Source: a virus
Lineage: Duplodnaviria > Caudoviricetes
Virus record (IMG/VR): IMGVR_UViG_3300007956_000005
Span: 1-46,894 of that record
DNA: 46,894 nucleotides
Direction: 5' to 3' (one strand)
Shown here: positions 15,646 to 26,538 of the stretch, in pieces
Layout: each line of letters begins with the position of its first letter
Position numbering within the stretch: position 1 is the stretch's first letter
Program-made: the position numbers and the translations under genes
Notes under the pieces: generated by a model
What the model saw: only the letters and a program-made list of their open reading frames with translations
Told to the model about the DNA's origin: nothing
Database searches by the model: none

Positions 15646-18600
15646 ACCTGCCTAATCCTAATACTTCCATTGTCTGATCTATGGCATTCTTTGTTTTAGA
15701 CTTGGCACTGTCTACTGTCTTATCTACCGTTACTGCGGCATCAATTAGATTCTCATCCCAAGTTTTGTATGTGGATTCCCTATCTGCTTCAGCGTACTTA
15801 CCTATACGAATACCTAGAGAAAACATTTCATCATACATATCTTTTGGGAGCCTGATGGGGCCAATCCCTTTAGTGGCCCTAATTGATTCCAGTTTGTCTA
15901 TTACTTTTAAAGCTTCCTTGCTGTCTGACACAATTATGTCCATAGCAATCTCATACCTATTTGTAACATCCATTTTTTCAGCGGCAAGCCTACCCGCTGT
16001 ACGGGCCTGTGTACCAATACGATTTAACGGACCAACAATCACGTTAATCATCGTATTAATAGCATTCTGGTATTGCTGTATCTCTGGTGTACCTGATGAT
16101 CCTGGCAACGCTTTAGCATTACGCTTCGCCTGACCCTCAGATGCGGCGGTAAGAATAGTTTTGATAACACTTTTAAGTTTAGGATCATTTTCAAGAATGA
16201 CCTCTCCTGATGCAGCAAGTCCTGTGTTTTCTTTCAGTATATTTCGGACCTTTGCCACACTAGATACGGGCGCACCAGTATTAGTCTGACCCGCAGTAAA
16301 TGCTTTGTCCCTTAATTCTTGCAGGTAAAGTTTCTTCAGTCCCCCACGCACAACAGGACTGTTGTCTGTAGCGTTAAGTATTACTTTAACACTATCCGCA
16401 CCATTAGAGGAATTTAGCATAGAGGTTATTTTATTCTCTACATTTGCAGAAGGCATCCCTGGTACAAAGTCATCTACAAATCCAGAAATTAATTTAGAAA
16501 AAGCATCATTCTGCATAGCATCAAACTGCTCTTGTGCTTGAACTAAAGTATCTGCAACAGGCTCACCTGTCTGTTTAGAATTCCTTATTCTGCTTTCAAG
16601 CATATCAAGTTCCATTGCCAGGGTATCGAAGTTGCCTCGCATTTGGTCAGCGTAACCTCTAATAGTGGAACTAAGAGTAGCAGGGTCTATGTTATTAATA
16701 CCGTCTTTAGTGATCTGAGCGTATAAATCTTCAAACGTCCTAGCAACTAGGTATTCTTGAATAGTCTCTGGACTTGCACCTATATCAGAGACTTCTAGTG
16801 CTTTTACCAACTGTGCTACTTCTTCCGAAGCACCAGACTCAAGTATATTAGTAACTTGTCCTTGTGACTGCACTTTTTCAGCCGTGGGGGCAAGTTTCCC
16901 AACACGGGTATCTTTAAATGTCGTGTAAGTATCCGTTAATGGCGCATCCCCCCACAAAGGGATGAACTCATCTTTGTAATAATCCATAGCCTTTGTGGCA
17001 GCGTCTTTAGCCTCTGGGTTGTTAATAGCCACAAATTCAACCTGATCATCAATGTACTTCACTACAGATCTTAGGCGAGCCCCTACTGGACCTCTACCAT
17101 TAGAGAAGGCTTCTTCTGCTAAAGCAGATATTGCGGGACGAATATCATTATACAGGCGTTTAAAATCTACTCCTGAATCAAACAATTCTTGCGCCAGGTC
17201 TGCAACATCCACTGGATCTTGGGTAACAGGGTTTCCAAATTGATCTAGAAGAGTACTAGGGGCTTGTTCTCCAGGTTTAGTCTTTTTATATGCCGCCTTA
17301 ATAGTGGCAATTAATCTAGACTGTAAAAATTCCGCACCCTCAGTACCGAACTGATCCAGGTTAGTAGATAGTTCTTCAATTAAGTTCCCAAAGCCTTCGT
17401 AATCAAATTTAGCGTCTTCAGGTATCTCATTAAACAGATCGTTTTTCTTTTTAGTCATGCGCTCTGCTTCATCAACGAGCGTAGTAGCTATTTCTTTTTT
17501 CTTTGCTACCGACAAGGCGCTTACTTCAGAAGAAGATACTTTAGATAAACGGCTTAAAGCAGGAGATAAATTAGGATCACTAAGTATGCTGTTTAACGCA
17601 GCTTCATTATCAGTCTTAATTGCTTCTTCTGCTTCAAATATACTACGCTGTTGCTTCAGCATTCGGCTGTCGTTACTTCCAACGATACCTTCTACTGCAT
17701 CATTCATTGTAGAACCCGCAGGTAATGCGGCCTTTGCTTCCTCTTGAAGGATTCTGTCTGTTTGCACATTAACCATATTTGATTGCTGATTAAGTGCGCC
17801 TTGGTTTTTAGAACTACTTACAATTCCACTACGGAGTTGCTGTATACGGGCCAGTGTCTGTGGAGTGACATCCTCCCCAGCTTCTAGAGCAGCAAACACG
17901 TCTAGGGTTACATCATTTTTTTGTTTGCTGGCGTCGGTCTGTTCAATTAGCAACTCACTATTTTTTCGCATAATGCTTATAAGTTGCTGTCTTGCGGTTT
18001 CCATATCTTGTTTTGTGGAGTTTGCTTGCACTGAAGCAAGATCTGAAAGGATGTTATCCATCGCAGAGGATTTCTTAGCTGCATCGCCCTCTAGTAAAGT
18101 TCTTGCGATTGCTCCTACGGAAGCCTCATTAATGAAGTCAGCCGTCTTTAACCCTACTTTAATTGCATTATCTAGAACACCTGACATAATCAAACTGTCT
18201 ACAAATATGTTCATCCTTGCAGCTAGAATTTGCTCTGCTTCAGGGTCTTCACGGTTTACCCCAAAAGGAGCCAGAATAGCTTCCGTATCTGTATCAGCCC
18301 CAAATGCGATACCTAGTTCGCCCCCTGTGTACTTTAGAAGCTGCTTGGTAGGCTCATAAGTTTTTTCTATTACAGGCTGACCTAGTTTCATCCAAGTTTC
18401 GTTTTTAGAAAGGGGATTCATAAACCGTTTTATTAAGCGTTCACCACCCTCTACCGCTGCATCCGCAGCTATTTTTCCTGTAAAGAAAGATGCAGCTAAT
18501 CCCGCACCTTCAGTCATAACAGCATCTACTTTAGAGAAACCTGATGAACTACGAGGAATTGTATTAGTCCATTCCACAAGTTTTGTATCTAAGCCTACTT

Positions 18601-19291
18601 TATCTGCTACTACATCACCTACTGCGGCGGCTACTTCAAGCGCATTTGTGCCAGAATCAACTATACCTTCAAGGAGTTGAGTTCCGTGGTTAACCGAAGC
18701 ACCTCGACTAGCTTGAAAATCTGGAGCAATAAAGTTTATGAAGTTATCAACTACATCAGATACTACAGGTATGCCTAAATTTAATTTACCTCTAGGAAAG
18801 GGTATTCTCCACGTCTTACCACTAACAGGGTCATTATAGAGAAGTTCCCCTGTAGCGGTATCTACCACAGTGTTTTCACTATCGGCATACGCATTGTACA
18901 CCTCAAAAGCGGTTAGTTCTCCCCCTTCAGGGGTAGTTTCTGTACGGTCATCCCGATATCCTAGGGGCAATCCATCGTACATCTCCCCTGCGGGAAGACC
19001 TGGATTAAGTTCTGCCGTACTATTAGACGAAGATACGTTTTCATCAACTCCCTGCTCTTCTCTAATAGAAGCATCATATGCCTGGATCTCTTCGTTTGTG
19101 AAACCCGCAGCCTCTAAATCCGCAGCCTCGTAGCCCCCCTGTATATCCCTAAGTTCATTAGCGTAAGACACTAACTCAGGGTTAATCTCGGTAGTCTCTA
19201 CTTCCGCTTTAACATCATCGAATGGATCAAATATAGTAGGTTTTTCTTCTACAGTAGGTGTCTTATCAAAGGGATCAAAAATTTCTGCCAT
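15644..19291 (-). CDS. large internal virion (ejection) protein
   Basis: 1215 aa helical acidic protein, last gene of the structural operon; N-terminal IFDPFD repeats. Confidence 0.65.
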   Translation of the reverse strand: MAEIFDPFDKTPTVEEKPTIFDPFDDVKAEVETTEINPELVSYANELRDIQGGYEAADLEAAGFTNEEIQAYDASIREEQGVDENVSSSNSTAELNPGLPAGEMYDGLPLGYRDDRTETTPEGGELTAFEVYNAYADSENTVVDTATGELLYNDPVSGKTWRIPFPRGKLNLGIPVVSDVVDNFINFIAPDFQASRGASVNHGTQLLEGIVDSGTNALEVAAAVGDVVADKVGLDTKLVEWTNTIPRSSSGFSKVDAVMTEGAGLAASFFTGKIAADAAVEGGERLIKRFMNPLSKNETWMKLGQPVIEKTYEPTKQLLKYTGGELGIAFGADTDTEAILAPFGVNREDPEAEQILAARMNIFVDSLIMSGVLDNAIKVGLKTADFINEASVGAIARTLLEGDAAKKSSAMDNILSDLASVQANSTKQDMETARQQLISIMRKNSELLIEQTDASKQKNDVTLDVFAALEAGEDVTPQTLARIQQLRSGIVSSSKNQGALNQQSNMVNVQTDRILQEEAKAALPAGSTMNDAVEGIVGSNDSRMLKQQRSIFEAEEAIKTDNEAALNSILSDPNLSPALSRLSKVSSSEVSALSVAKKKEIATTLVDEAERMTKKKNDLFNEIPEDAKFDYEGFGNLIEELSTNLDQFGTEGAEFLQSRLIATIKAAYKKTKPGEQAPSTLLDQFGNPVTQDPVDVADLAQELFDSGVDFKRLYNDIRPAISALAEEAFSNGRGPVGARLRSVVKYIDDQVEFVAINNPEAKDAATKAMDYYKDEFIPLWGDAPLTDTYTTFKDTRVGKLAPTAEKVQSQGQVTNILESGASEEVAQLVKALEVSDIGASPETIQEYLVARTFEDLYAQITKDGINNIDPATLSSTIRGYADQMRGNFDTLAMELDMLESRIRNSKQTGEPVADTLVQAQEQFDAMQNDAFSKLISGFVDDFVPGMPSANVENKITSMLNSSNGADSVKVILNATDNSPVVRGGLKKLYLQELRDKAFTAGQTNTGAPVSSVAKVRNILKENTGLAASGEVILENDPKLKSVIKTILTAASEGQAKRNAKALPGSSGTPEIQQYQNAINTMINVIVGPLNRIGTQARTAGRLAAEKMDVTNRYEIAMDIIVSDSKEALKVIDKLESIRATKGIGPIRLPKDMYDEMFSLGIRIGKYAEADRESTYKTWDENLIDAAVTVDKTVDSAKSKTKNAIDQTMEVLGLGR

Positions 19292-22170
19292 TAGTCATCT
19301 ACCTTGTATTTTTTATTGTAGAAATTTATTAGGTCAGCGTCAGATACACCTTTATTTCTTTCATCCGCCTTTGCCGCCTTCAGAAAAGCCTCTAAAGAAG
19401 GTGGATCATTTGAGGTTACTTCAGGACTTTTCTCTATCGGCGCACCCGTAAACCGTGCGTAATTATCTTTCAGGGATTGAGAAGTTTGTGCCGCCACATA
19501 ATCAGCCATATTTAAAGGCTCACTTACAGGTGACCACCCATATTTGTCTTTAAACCCTTGGATCTGGCTTCCTGGCCCTACTACTTTGAAATGTTTCTGG
19601 TCATAGGATTCAATCTTACCTGCCATATAGTCCGTCAGGTTTTTCTTAAATGCTTCCGCAGACCCACCAGATGTTCGTACAATATCCATAATTTTTGTGA
19701 AATCTTGGTTCGACATGGCATTGCCCGATTGTCCTTCCATACGTCCAACTTGGAACGCTAAAGACAACATCTTAGCTTCAAACCGTGCAGTTGCATCTGC
19801 TAGATTTTGTACATTTCCAGAAATTACAGCGTCTAAGAAATTATTATCAAATCCACCCTGTCTCTGTAGTTGGTCAAGGGTTATTTCTTCATTTGATTTA
19901 AACAACTCTTCAGCAACACTGAAAATCTGTCCACTGGATCTTCCTGTGGTTGTTAAGAATTTAGCAAGTATACCACCTGCACCTGTGACCCGTTCATCCG
20001 TTTCTACAATTTCTATAGCTTGGGAAGAGGTATTCATACCTTCAGCAAGTGCGGTATTAGCAACACCTAGTTCAGTAATTATTTTCTGAGTTTCAGTTCT
20101 AATAGTTTTAAAGGCATCAGTTTCAATTTCACCCAAGGGAAGTGCAGTCTTGACTTCATTACCTTCTGCATCCCGATAGACTTCTTCCCTGGGCTTCTGG
20201 TAAATAGTTTTATACTCAAACTTACCATCACCTAGAGGAACTTTTGCTTCAACTGTAACAATACCAAATCCGTTTTTCTCAACTGCCTTTTGACGTTCAG
20301 AGTTTGCTTGTTGATTCGTTTTTAGATTTTCAAGTGCCTGGATTACAGCGTTACCTGCACCCTCTTTTTTAGCCAAAGTTATTTGTTTCTCAGTTGTGTT
20401 AACGCTAGTAGCACTGTCTATATATTTACGATATAAACCGTTCTTCTCAAGTTCTTTAGCCGCATCAATTTCACCTTGTAGGGCAGACAATTCCTTATCG
20501 GTGGCCCCGCCTTGTTCAGCTATCCGCTTAATTGAATCCAACTCTACCCCATTTTTACCTACGAGATAGGTAGGCTTGAGAAGGTCTTTATAAGGTAATT
20601 CCCCATCTTTAAGACTCTTTGCCATAGAAGCTGCTAGGTTAAAGTTGGCTAGATCCCCTACCTGGAAGAATTCTCTAGATTTTGCGGTCATTGCATCCGC
20701 ACTGCTAGATGCCTCTGATATCCAAGAGTAAGTATTAACATCGCCTTCATTAATGCGATCCGCTGCGGCTCTGGTAGTCTGGTTAGTAGAGTACTTAGCC
20801 ACAAGCGCCCGTTGATCTGGAGACATTTCAATCAGTTCTTTTTGTGAATACTCTTTTCGTGCCTCTATAATGGGTAGTATATCTTTTGCTATGTTAGCAG
20901 GTACTTCCATACCTTTTGCTTCAGCTAAAGCTATGCGATCTTTTAACTTGCTTGCGGTCATATCGTCAGCCAACAAGACTTTCATTGAGAATAGTTCTTC
21001 AACCTTCTGTGTGCTGTCCAACGCTTTTAAATTTTCACCCCGTGCATTAAAGGTTTCCATAAATTCTGGGTCAACATCCGTTCTGTTTGCGGTTATACTT
21101 GCGTTCTTAGCTTCCCAATCTGCGTATGTTTTTATATTTTCAATACTTACAGGCTCGTACTTACGTTTTGCAGTGTTGAATGCTAGATCTTCCCCTCTGA
21201 ACGGACGGCGATCTTCTACAACTTCGTTTGAATCAAATACGCCTGTTTCTACCTGCTCAATAACAGAAAGAACGTCCTCGTCAGAAACGTTTTTCAACCC
21301 TTCCCATGTGTCTCTCATAGTAGAAATTCGTGATGCGTCTGTATTTTGGCCTTTTAAGCGATCTTGGGCGTAACGTAGGAATAGAGCATCCTGAGTTTCC
21401 TCATCAAAGACTGTATCATCTGTAATTCCTAGAGATTCAAATGTACCATTACGCTTGAGTTCCTGCATTGTATCGCCGACAAATTGATACTTACCAGCGG
21501 GAGTAGATCCAAGTCCCTTTCTGTACGCTTCTGTACTTTCAGGCATGTTAACTTTTGACCATGCATGATAGGAACCTTCCCCACGTTTGGATTGGAAATC
21601 CATAAGTTCTTTAACAGTCATTTCGCTAACAACTATATCAGAGAATGCTCCGTTCTGAGCCTGGTTAAGTAGCGCATTAGCCCCACCCTTTCCACTCTCT
21701 TGATCTGTAAGTGTGTCTATGCTGGTGACGTTACGAGGCATACCTGGCCCCTGTTGAGGGTCTAAACGTTCAATAGAACCGCTCTCCAACCCTGATATAA
21801 AGTAGTCAGAGATTTTAGTTACGTCACTTCCACCTTTAGCCATAGTATATGCTGTTTGGAAAGCAGTTGTATTGTCTCCAAATGAGCCGCCTGTCATGGA
21901 CAGGGCAGACCTAGCTATGTCTTTATATTTCTTATCTTCCAGATCCGCTGCTTCTTGTTTTTCACGAATCCGTCTACGATTTTCTTTTTCTTCTTCAGCC
22001 TGATCTTTGGCTAGGGCTTTAGCGTCAGCTTTCTCTTGTGCCGCTGTATCCATCCAGCTTTTAGCAACAATGTCTGCGGCTTTTGCAAAACCTTCTTCCA
22101 AAGCATTTGATTTCTGGACATATTCACCACGGGCTACTCTGCCACGAACATCCTTACGATAACTCATCAA
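19291..22170 (-). CDS. internal virion protein with lysozyme-like (lambda R/GH104-type) domain
   Basis: ESGKGG..MTVKEL..STPAGKYQF..FDEETQD..TWEGL motifs at about aa 155-295. Confidence 0.7.
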   Translation of the reverse strand: MMSYRKDVRGRVARGEYVQKSNALEEGFAKAADIVAKSWMDTAAQEKADAKALAKDQAEEEKENRRRIREKQEAADLEDKKYKDIARSALSMTGGSFGDNTTAFQTAYTMAKGGSDVTKISDYFISGLESGSIERLDPQQGPGMPRNVTSIDTLTDQESGKGGANALLNQAQNGAFSDIVVSEMTVKELMDFQSKRGEGSYHAWSKVNMPESTEAYRKGLGSTPAGKYQFVGDTMQELKRNGTFESLGITDDTVFDEETQDALFLRYAQDRLKGQNTDASRISTMRDTWEGLKNVSDEDVLSVIEQVETGVFDSNEVVEDRRPFRGEDLAFNTAKRKYEPVSIENIKTYADWEAKNASITANRTDVDPEFMETFNARGENLKALDSTQKVEELFSMKVLLADDMTASKLKDRIALAEAKGMEVPANIAKDILPIIEARKEYSQKELIEMSPDQRALVAKYSTNQTTRAAADRINEGDVNTYSWISEASSSADAMTAKSREFFQVGDLANFNLAASMAKSLKDGELPYKDLLKPTYLVGKNGVELDSIKRIAEQGGATDKELSALQGEIDAAKELEKNGLYRKYIDSATSVNTTEKQITLAKKEGAGNAVIQALENLKTNQQANSERQKAVEKNGFGIVTVEAKVPLGDGKFEYKTIYQKPREEVYRDAEGNEVKTALPLGEIETDAFKTIRTETQKIITELGVANTALAEGMNTSSQAIEIVETDERVTGAGGILAKFLTTTGRSSGQIFSVAEELFKSNEEITLDQLQRQGGFDNNFLDAVISGNVQNLADATARFEAKMLSLAFQVGRMEGQSGNAMSNQDFTKIMDIVRTSGGSAEAFKKNLTDYMAGKIESYDQKHFKVVGPGSQIQGFKDKYGWSPVSEPLNMADYVAAQTSQSLKDNYARFTGAPIEKSPEVTSNDPPSLEAFLKAAKADERNKGVSDADLINFYNKKYKVDD

Positions 22171-22732
22171 CAGGTTCCTCTTGTTCTTCGATTTGGCCTA
22201 GCATTGCGGCTTGTTCATCTGGTGTGGCAGGAATATCGTTCATCCCAGAAGCGTCCTCTGGGGGTGCTGCCATTATACCGCCGTCTACTATACTGTTATC
22301 TTGTTCTAGGACTTCTATCGTTACGTCCTCTTTTTCATCATCATCTAAAATACCAAGGGCTACTTTTAGAGATGTAGGTGTGATGACAACTCTATCTTCA
22401 TCGCCTACACCCATGTCATATTTCAGGTCTTGTTCATCCGCTATAATACTTATGTAACGGGCAATCGGTCCTGCTATTAGAATAGCTAGATCAATTGAAA
22501 ATTTACCACGGGAAATTGCTTGCATCAAAATAGATGTAACAATAGTAGAAATTTTAGCGTCAATTTTAATTAGTGAAAATACTAATTCAAGCTGCTCATC
22601 TTCTTTTAATTTGTTTAGAATATAGCCTACGCCACCATCATACTCGACTAGGTCTGGTGGCCTGTGCCACGGATAATTTCTAGTATCTGCGGTGTAATTA
22701 GCACCTGCAATTGGGGCATTAAAGACTTTCAT
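22154..22732 (-). CDS. virion-associated hypothetical protein
   Basis: FNAPIAG..YPWHRPP N-terminus; coupled in the operon. Confidence 0.65.
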   Translation of the reverse strand: MKVFNAPIAGANYTADTRNYPWHRPPDLVEYDGGVGYILNKLKEDEQLELVFSLIKIDAKISTIVTSILMQAISRGKFSIDLAILIAGPIARYISIIADEQDLKYDMGVGDEDRVVITPTSLKVALGILDDDEKEDVTIEVLEQDNSIVDGGIMAAPPEDASGMNDIPATPDEQAAMLGQIEEQEEPVDELS

Positions 22733-22898
22733 CAGGCATATCCTCTTCTGAGACTTCGCCTAGAAGTTCTTCTTCTAGTTCGTCAAAATATTCGGGGGTA
22801 TGAAAAAGATCCTCACCTGCTAATTCGCTGGTAATCTTGGGCATTTTACCTCGCATAAACTCTTTGATAGATCTCTTTACGGCGTCTTCAAACTTCAT
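22719..22898 (-). CDS. small acidic hypothetical protein (59 aa, MKFEDAVKRSIKEF...)
   Basis: Manual translation; ATGA overlap with the upstream gene; GGAG SD. Confidence 0.65.
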   Translation of the reverse strand: MKFEDAVKRSIKEFMRGKMPKITSELAGEDLFHTPEYFDELEEELLGEVSEEDMPDESL

Positions 22899-25387
22899 TG
22901 GATCTCTCCATAATTCACCATTAGATATCCATCCTCACCCACGGATACTGCATTGGGGTATTTTTTCTGTACCTGTTGGGCGATTACTCCGAACTTAGGG
23001 TATTTTTCTGCGCCCACACGCTTACCTTCTTCGTTCCAATCCCATGTGTAATATTTTATGCCCTGGACCGTATCATGGTATTCAATATTTTCTTTTAAAC
23101 GCTCATCTGACATAGATGTAATGTATGCTGCACCCAGTGAAAAAAGACCGCTCATAAAGCCGCCGCCGCTACTCTGTTGTCTGCTCTGCGCCTGTAGTTC
23201 CGCAGCTAAAATGGTAGCATCTCTGTCAGACTCTGCATTCCACCCCTTGAAAATATAATCTAAGTGGTTGTCCACTCTGTCCCACAGTCGGGTCATGCTC
23301 TCTAGAGACAAGTCTAGAGTGTTTTTAACATCTGTCTCAGCCGCATCAAATTGCATCTGTGTGTTTGTTGTTGCTACTGTTTGACGCCACTTAGCGTTTG
23401 CAAGATCTAGGTTGTATTGCATGTTAGCATAAAATTCTTGACGGGACTGCTCTAACCGTGAGTTGAATTCACTACCGTCATTTATTTCGCCTACGTTAAA
23501 TTTACGCATCTGGTTGATCTGCTCAGAATTCTGCAACGATATCTGTGCATTCATATTGTCGTAGTATTTTTGCATGTCGTTAGCTTGCTCTGCGCCAAAC
23601 AAACGTGCGGCGTTGATAGCAGATTGATCGTTAAATATAGCGTCGATCATAGCTTGGGTATTTACGACTTCAGCCTGTTGCTCATTAGTCAGGTTTGCTA
23701 GATCCATTTCGAGGAACGATCTCGCATTCTGTACCGCAGCGGCCTGACGTGCATCCATATTAGCAGTCTCAAAATTAGCCATAACTGTAGCTTTATTGAT
23801 AATTGCTTGTTGTCTATTATCTAGGTTTTTAGTTGTTAATGTTTGGAAGAATGCTGCTTCTTTTTGAGCAATACCCAAAGTGGCTTCCATGATAGCGTTA
23901 GCCATCGCAGCGGTTTGAGCAGTTCCAGAAATTCCTGAGAATGCCATTGTTTTAGCAACGTCACGGGACAAGGCTTGCGCCCACTGAGGCACTTTTGGGT
24001 TACCCTGCGAATCCTTGAATTCCGCAGAGATAATTTCCATCTGCCCTAGAATAGTGGCTTTACTGTCTGTGTAGTTACCTTCACCCAGTTTTTGGGCTAG
24101 AAGTTTTCCTGAAACAGTAGACGTATCTATTAAACTGCTAATATTTTGTGTAGCAAAATCGTTCAGTGCCTCACCTGTTACACTGACAGTACCATCAGCA
24201 TTACGCCCAGTACCTACCCCCTGCATATCAATCTGAGCAGCATCAACTAGGTTTTCATTTGTAATACTACCAGTTGCAGCATCTACAGTAGTAGCATCTG
24301 TACCTAGTTGATCTGTGGCAGTCGTAGCATCAAAGCGTTCAGCGTCTGCATTTACTACACCGTCAGTCGTAGCAGTATCACCCACAATAGCTGTGGCTAC
24401 CGCAGGACTTTCACCTAATCGATATCTTAAACTCTCAGGGTCTAGTAGAACCCCTTTTGTTTCGGGATCTAGGTTAGGTATTTTTTCGGCTAGTAATGAC
24501 CCGTTCTTTTGTAGAAATCCTACAGGATCATTTGCAATTTCCCTTAATTCATTATTACTGGCTTTCATGCCAGAATCTTCAAGCATCTCCTTAATAAACT
24601 CAGCCATAATTCTGGCTTCTGATATTGGGGTGTCAGGGTTTTCAGTGTCTTCCTCAACTTGGTCAATGTCCTTGACCCCCTCAAAATCACCTTCTGCCTC
24701 TGCGGCATCTCTTGCTCTATCGTAACCTGTACGTGCTTCTGATGCCACAAACCCTGCATCACCAGCTTTCCTACCAGCATTATCTTTAGCAATAGACATA
24801 GCGGATACAGCTTTACCTGTTGAGTCTATCTCTACCTCATACATCATGCCCAATTTGTTGTGAGAGTATGATATCGCTTTCCCGTTTCGGGTGGTAGAAC
24901 TATAAACGGTGCGCCCAACACTATCTTGAGATGTTTTATCCTTAGCTGGATCTACACCATTGAGCCACCCCATCATTTTACTTAGTGCCTTTGGTACTAG
25001 GCTCAGAGGTGCTACAAAGCCTAATGCAGCATCCTTTACCCCAAAGCCAGGTGCTACACCCAGTTGGTCATTTGCTTGATTGTTCATAACCCCTGAATAA
25101 GTTTTGCCTGTAGCAGGGTCTGTATAGCTACCATCCTGGTTTTGGCCTATAGGATCTTTAGTTTTGTCGCTGGTTAGAATACCATTTACGTAGCTTGCAC
25201 CATCGTTAGGGGTAAACATATTAGCAATGTTTTCACCAAAGCTATTTTTGTTACCTCCAGATTTGTTACCGCTGGATTTTTGCGCCCCCTGATTACTGGA
25301 GTTTTGAGCGCCACCTGTAGAAGAATTTGCCGCTGCCGCTGCCGCTGCTTCAGCCGCTGCCGCTGCTTCATTACTGTTTTCTGGCAT
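22895..25387 (-). CDS. internal virion protein, Gln/Asn/Ala-rich coiled coil with C-terminal peptidase S74-like domain
   Basis: Start MPENS (AAGGA SD); NLDNRQQA/NLTNEQQA repeats; SDERLKENI..GVIAQQV..YLMVNY. Confidence 0.7.
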   Translation of the reverse strand: MPENSNEAAAAAEAAAAAAANSSTGGAQNSSNQGAQKSSGNKSGGNKNSFGENIANMFTPNDGASYVNGILTSDKTKDPIGQNQDGSYTDPATGKTYSGVMNNQANDQLGVAPGFGVKDAALGFVAPLSLVPKALSKMMGWLNGVDPAKDKTSQDSVGRTVYSSTTRNGKAISYSHNKLGMMYEVEIDSTGKAVSAMSIAKDNAGRKAGDAGFVASEARTGYDRARDAAEAEGDFEGVKDIDQVEEDTENPDTPISEARIMAEFIKEMLEDSGMKASNNELREIANDPVGFLQKNGSLLAEKIPNLDPETKGVLLDPESLRYRLGESPAVATAIVGDTATTDGVVNADAERFDATTATDQLGTDATTVDAATGSITNENLVDAAQIDMQGVGTGRNADGTVSVTGEALNDFATQNISSLIDTSTVSGKLLAQKLGEGNYTDSKATILGQMEIISAEFKDSQGNPKVPQWAQALSRDVAKTMAFSGISGTAQTAAMANAIMEATLGIAQKEAAFFQTLTTKNLDNRQQAIINKATVMANFETANMDARQAAAVQNARSFLEMDLANLTNEQQAEVVNTQAMIDAIFNDQSAINAARLFGAEQANDMQKYYDNMNAQISLQNSEQINQMRKFNVGEINDGSEFNSRLEQSRQEFYANMQYNLDLANAKWRQTVATTNTQMQFDAAETDVKNTLDLSLESMTRLWDRVDNHLDYIFKGWNAESDRDATILAAELQAQSRQQSSGGGFMSGLFSLGAAYITSMSDERLKENIEYHDTVQGIKYYTWDWNEEGKRVGAEKYPKFGVIAQQVQKKYPNAVSVGEDGYLMVNYGEIQ

Positions 25388-25632
25388 CAGATCATATCCT
25401 TTTCTTCTTCGCATCTACGAATACGATCACGCAGATAGATGTAGTTTTTCACAGCTTCATCAATTGCCGTATTGCTGGCAGGTAGACGGTCTAATTCATC
25501 AGCTAATTGGTTGTTGAACCGCTCATCATACTGCTTAATTTGAGGACAGTAGATTTCGAGTTTGGTCTTATAAACCGTTTGAGCGCAGCCTGTCAGAGAG
25601 AGACTTGCGATCAGTAAGATTATCAGTTTCAT
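25387..25632 (-). CDS. outer-membrane lipoprotein, o-spanin-like
   Basis: MKLIILLIASLSLTG-C lipobox; overlaps the 3' end of the i-spanin gene. Confidence 0.7.
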   Translation of the reverse strand: MKLIILLIASLSLTGCAQTVYKTKLEIYCPQIKQYDERFNNQLADELDRLPASNTAIDEAVKNYIYLRDRIRRCEEEKDMI

Positions 25633-25810
25633 GTTCTGCCATATTTTTGTAAAATTCAGACGCATTCTGTGTTGCGTTTAGTTCGTCCATCAGGACTTTA
25701 TTCTTTTCTTTAGCTCTGCCTTTGATCTGACCAATCACGTAAATGATGGGTAGGGCTAGAGCCAAAGCACCGATAATGTATGTCTTGATTTTTCCAAAGA
25801 TGAACATCAA
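25568..25810 (-). CDS. i-spanin (Rz-like)
   Basis: N-terminal TM helix then a helical periplasmic domain; follows the lysozyme gene. Confidence 0.65.
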   Translation of the reverse strand: MMFIFGKIKTYIIGALALALPIIYVIGQIKGRAKEKNKVLMDELNATQNASEFYKNMAEHETDNLTDRKSLSDRLRSNGL

Positions 25811-26538
25811 TGGATGCCTTCTTTGTTGTCCTTAAATCTGGAGTATGCAGCCAGTGCGATACCGCCGATTGCGAGGATCAAGAATATCGTTTTAAGCATA
25901 GGGGCGTAGGCCACTAGCCCTTGTATCTGACCCGCAACCTCATTCATCGCAGTAGCTGCGCCAGCGATCCCTGCACCTGCCATTGTTTTACTTTTAGCAA
26001 GAGATTTAGGGGCATCTGCGGCGATCTTTTGTGGCATTTGTGGACCACCTTCATCAGAAGGCAGTTGAGCCTCACTGGAAAAGATGGCTGCTTCAGCCGC
26101 ACGGCGGCGTGTTAATCCCCTTAACGGAGTAAGCTTTCCATCGACACGGGCTTTGTTCCATCGCATCAGTTGTTCAGGTACTTCGTCGTATAAGCCCTTG
26201 TTCAGCTTTTTTAACAGGGTACTACTACGGAACGCCCCTCCACCTAAATTGAATACAAACGACACTAAGGCGTTGTATTGATGCTGGCTAAGAGGAACGT
26301 TAACGTATTTTTTCACGATTTTGCCGTGTTCTTCTAAATCCTCTAAAAGAAACTGCTCAGATTGAGCCATAGTCACCTTCATACCTGATCTGACGCCCTT
26401 ACAGTGGCCCCATGATATCGTCCACTTTCCAGCGGGGCAGCGATATGAGTGTACCATGCCGTCATCTTTTAATTTGTGTAGACCTTCAAACATTTTTACT
26501 AGGTCTACACCTTGTTGCGATACTCTATCTGGATGCAT
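25807..26538 (-). CDS. GH24 lysozyme (endolysin) with hydrophobic C-terminal extension
   Basis: FEG..YRCPAGKWTISWGH, ALVSFVFNLG, GLTRRRAAE. Confidence 0.9.
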   Translation of the reverse strand: MHPDRVSQQGVDLVKMFEGLHKLKDDGMVHSYRCPAGKWTISWGHCKGVRSGMKVTMAQSEQFLLEDLEEHGKIVKKYVNVPLSQHQYNALVSFVFNLGGGAFRSSTLLKKLNKGLYDEVPEQLMRWNKARVDGKLTPLRGLTRRRAAEAAIFSSEAQLPSDEGGPQMPQKIAADAPKSLAKSKTMAGAGIAGAATAMNEVAGQIQGLVAYAPMLKTIFLILAIGGIALAAYSRFKDNKEGIH

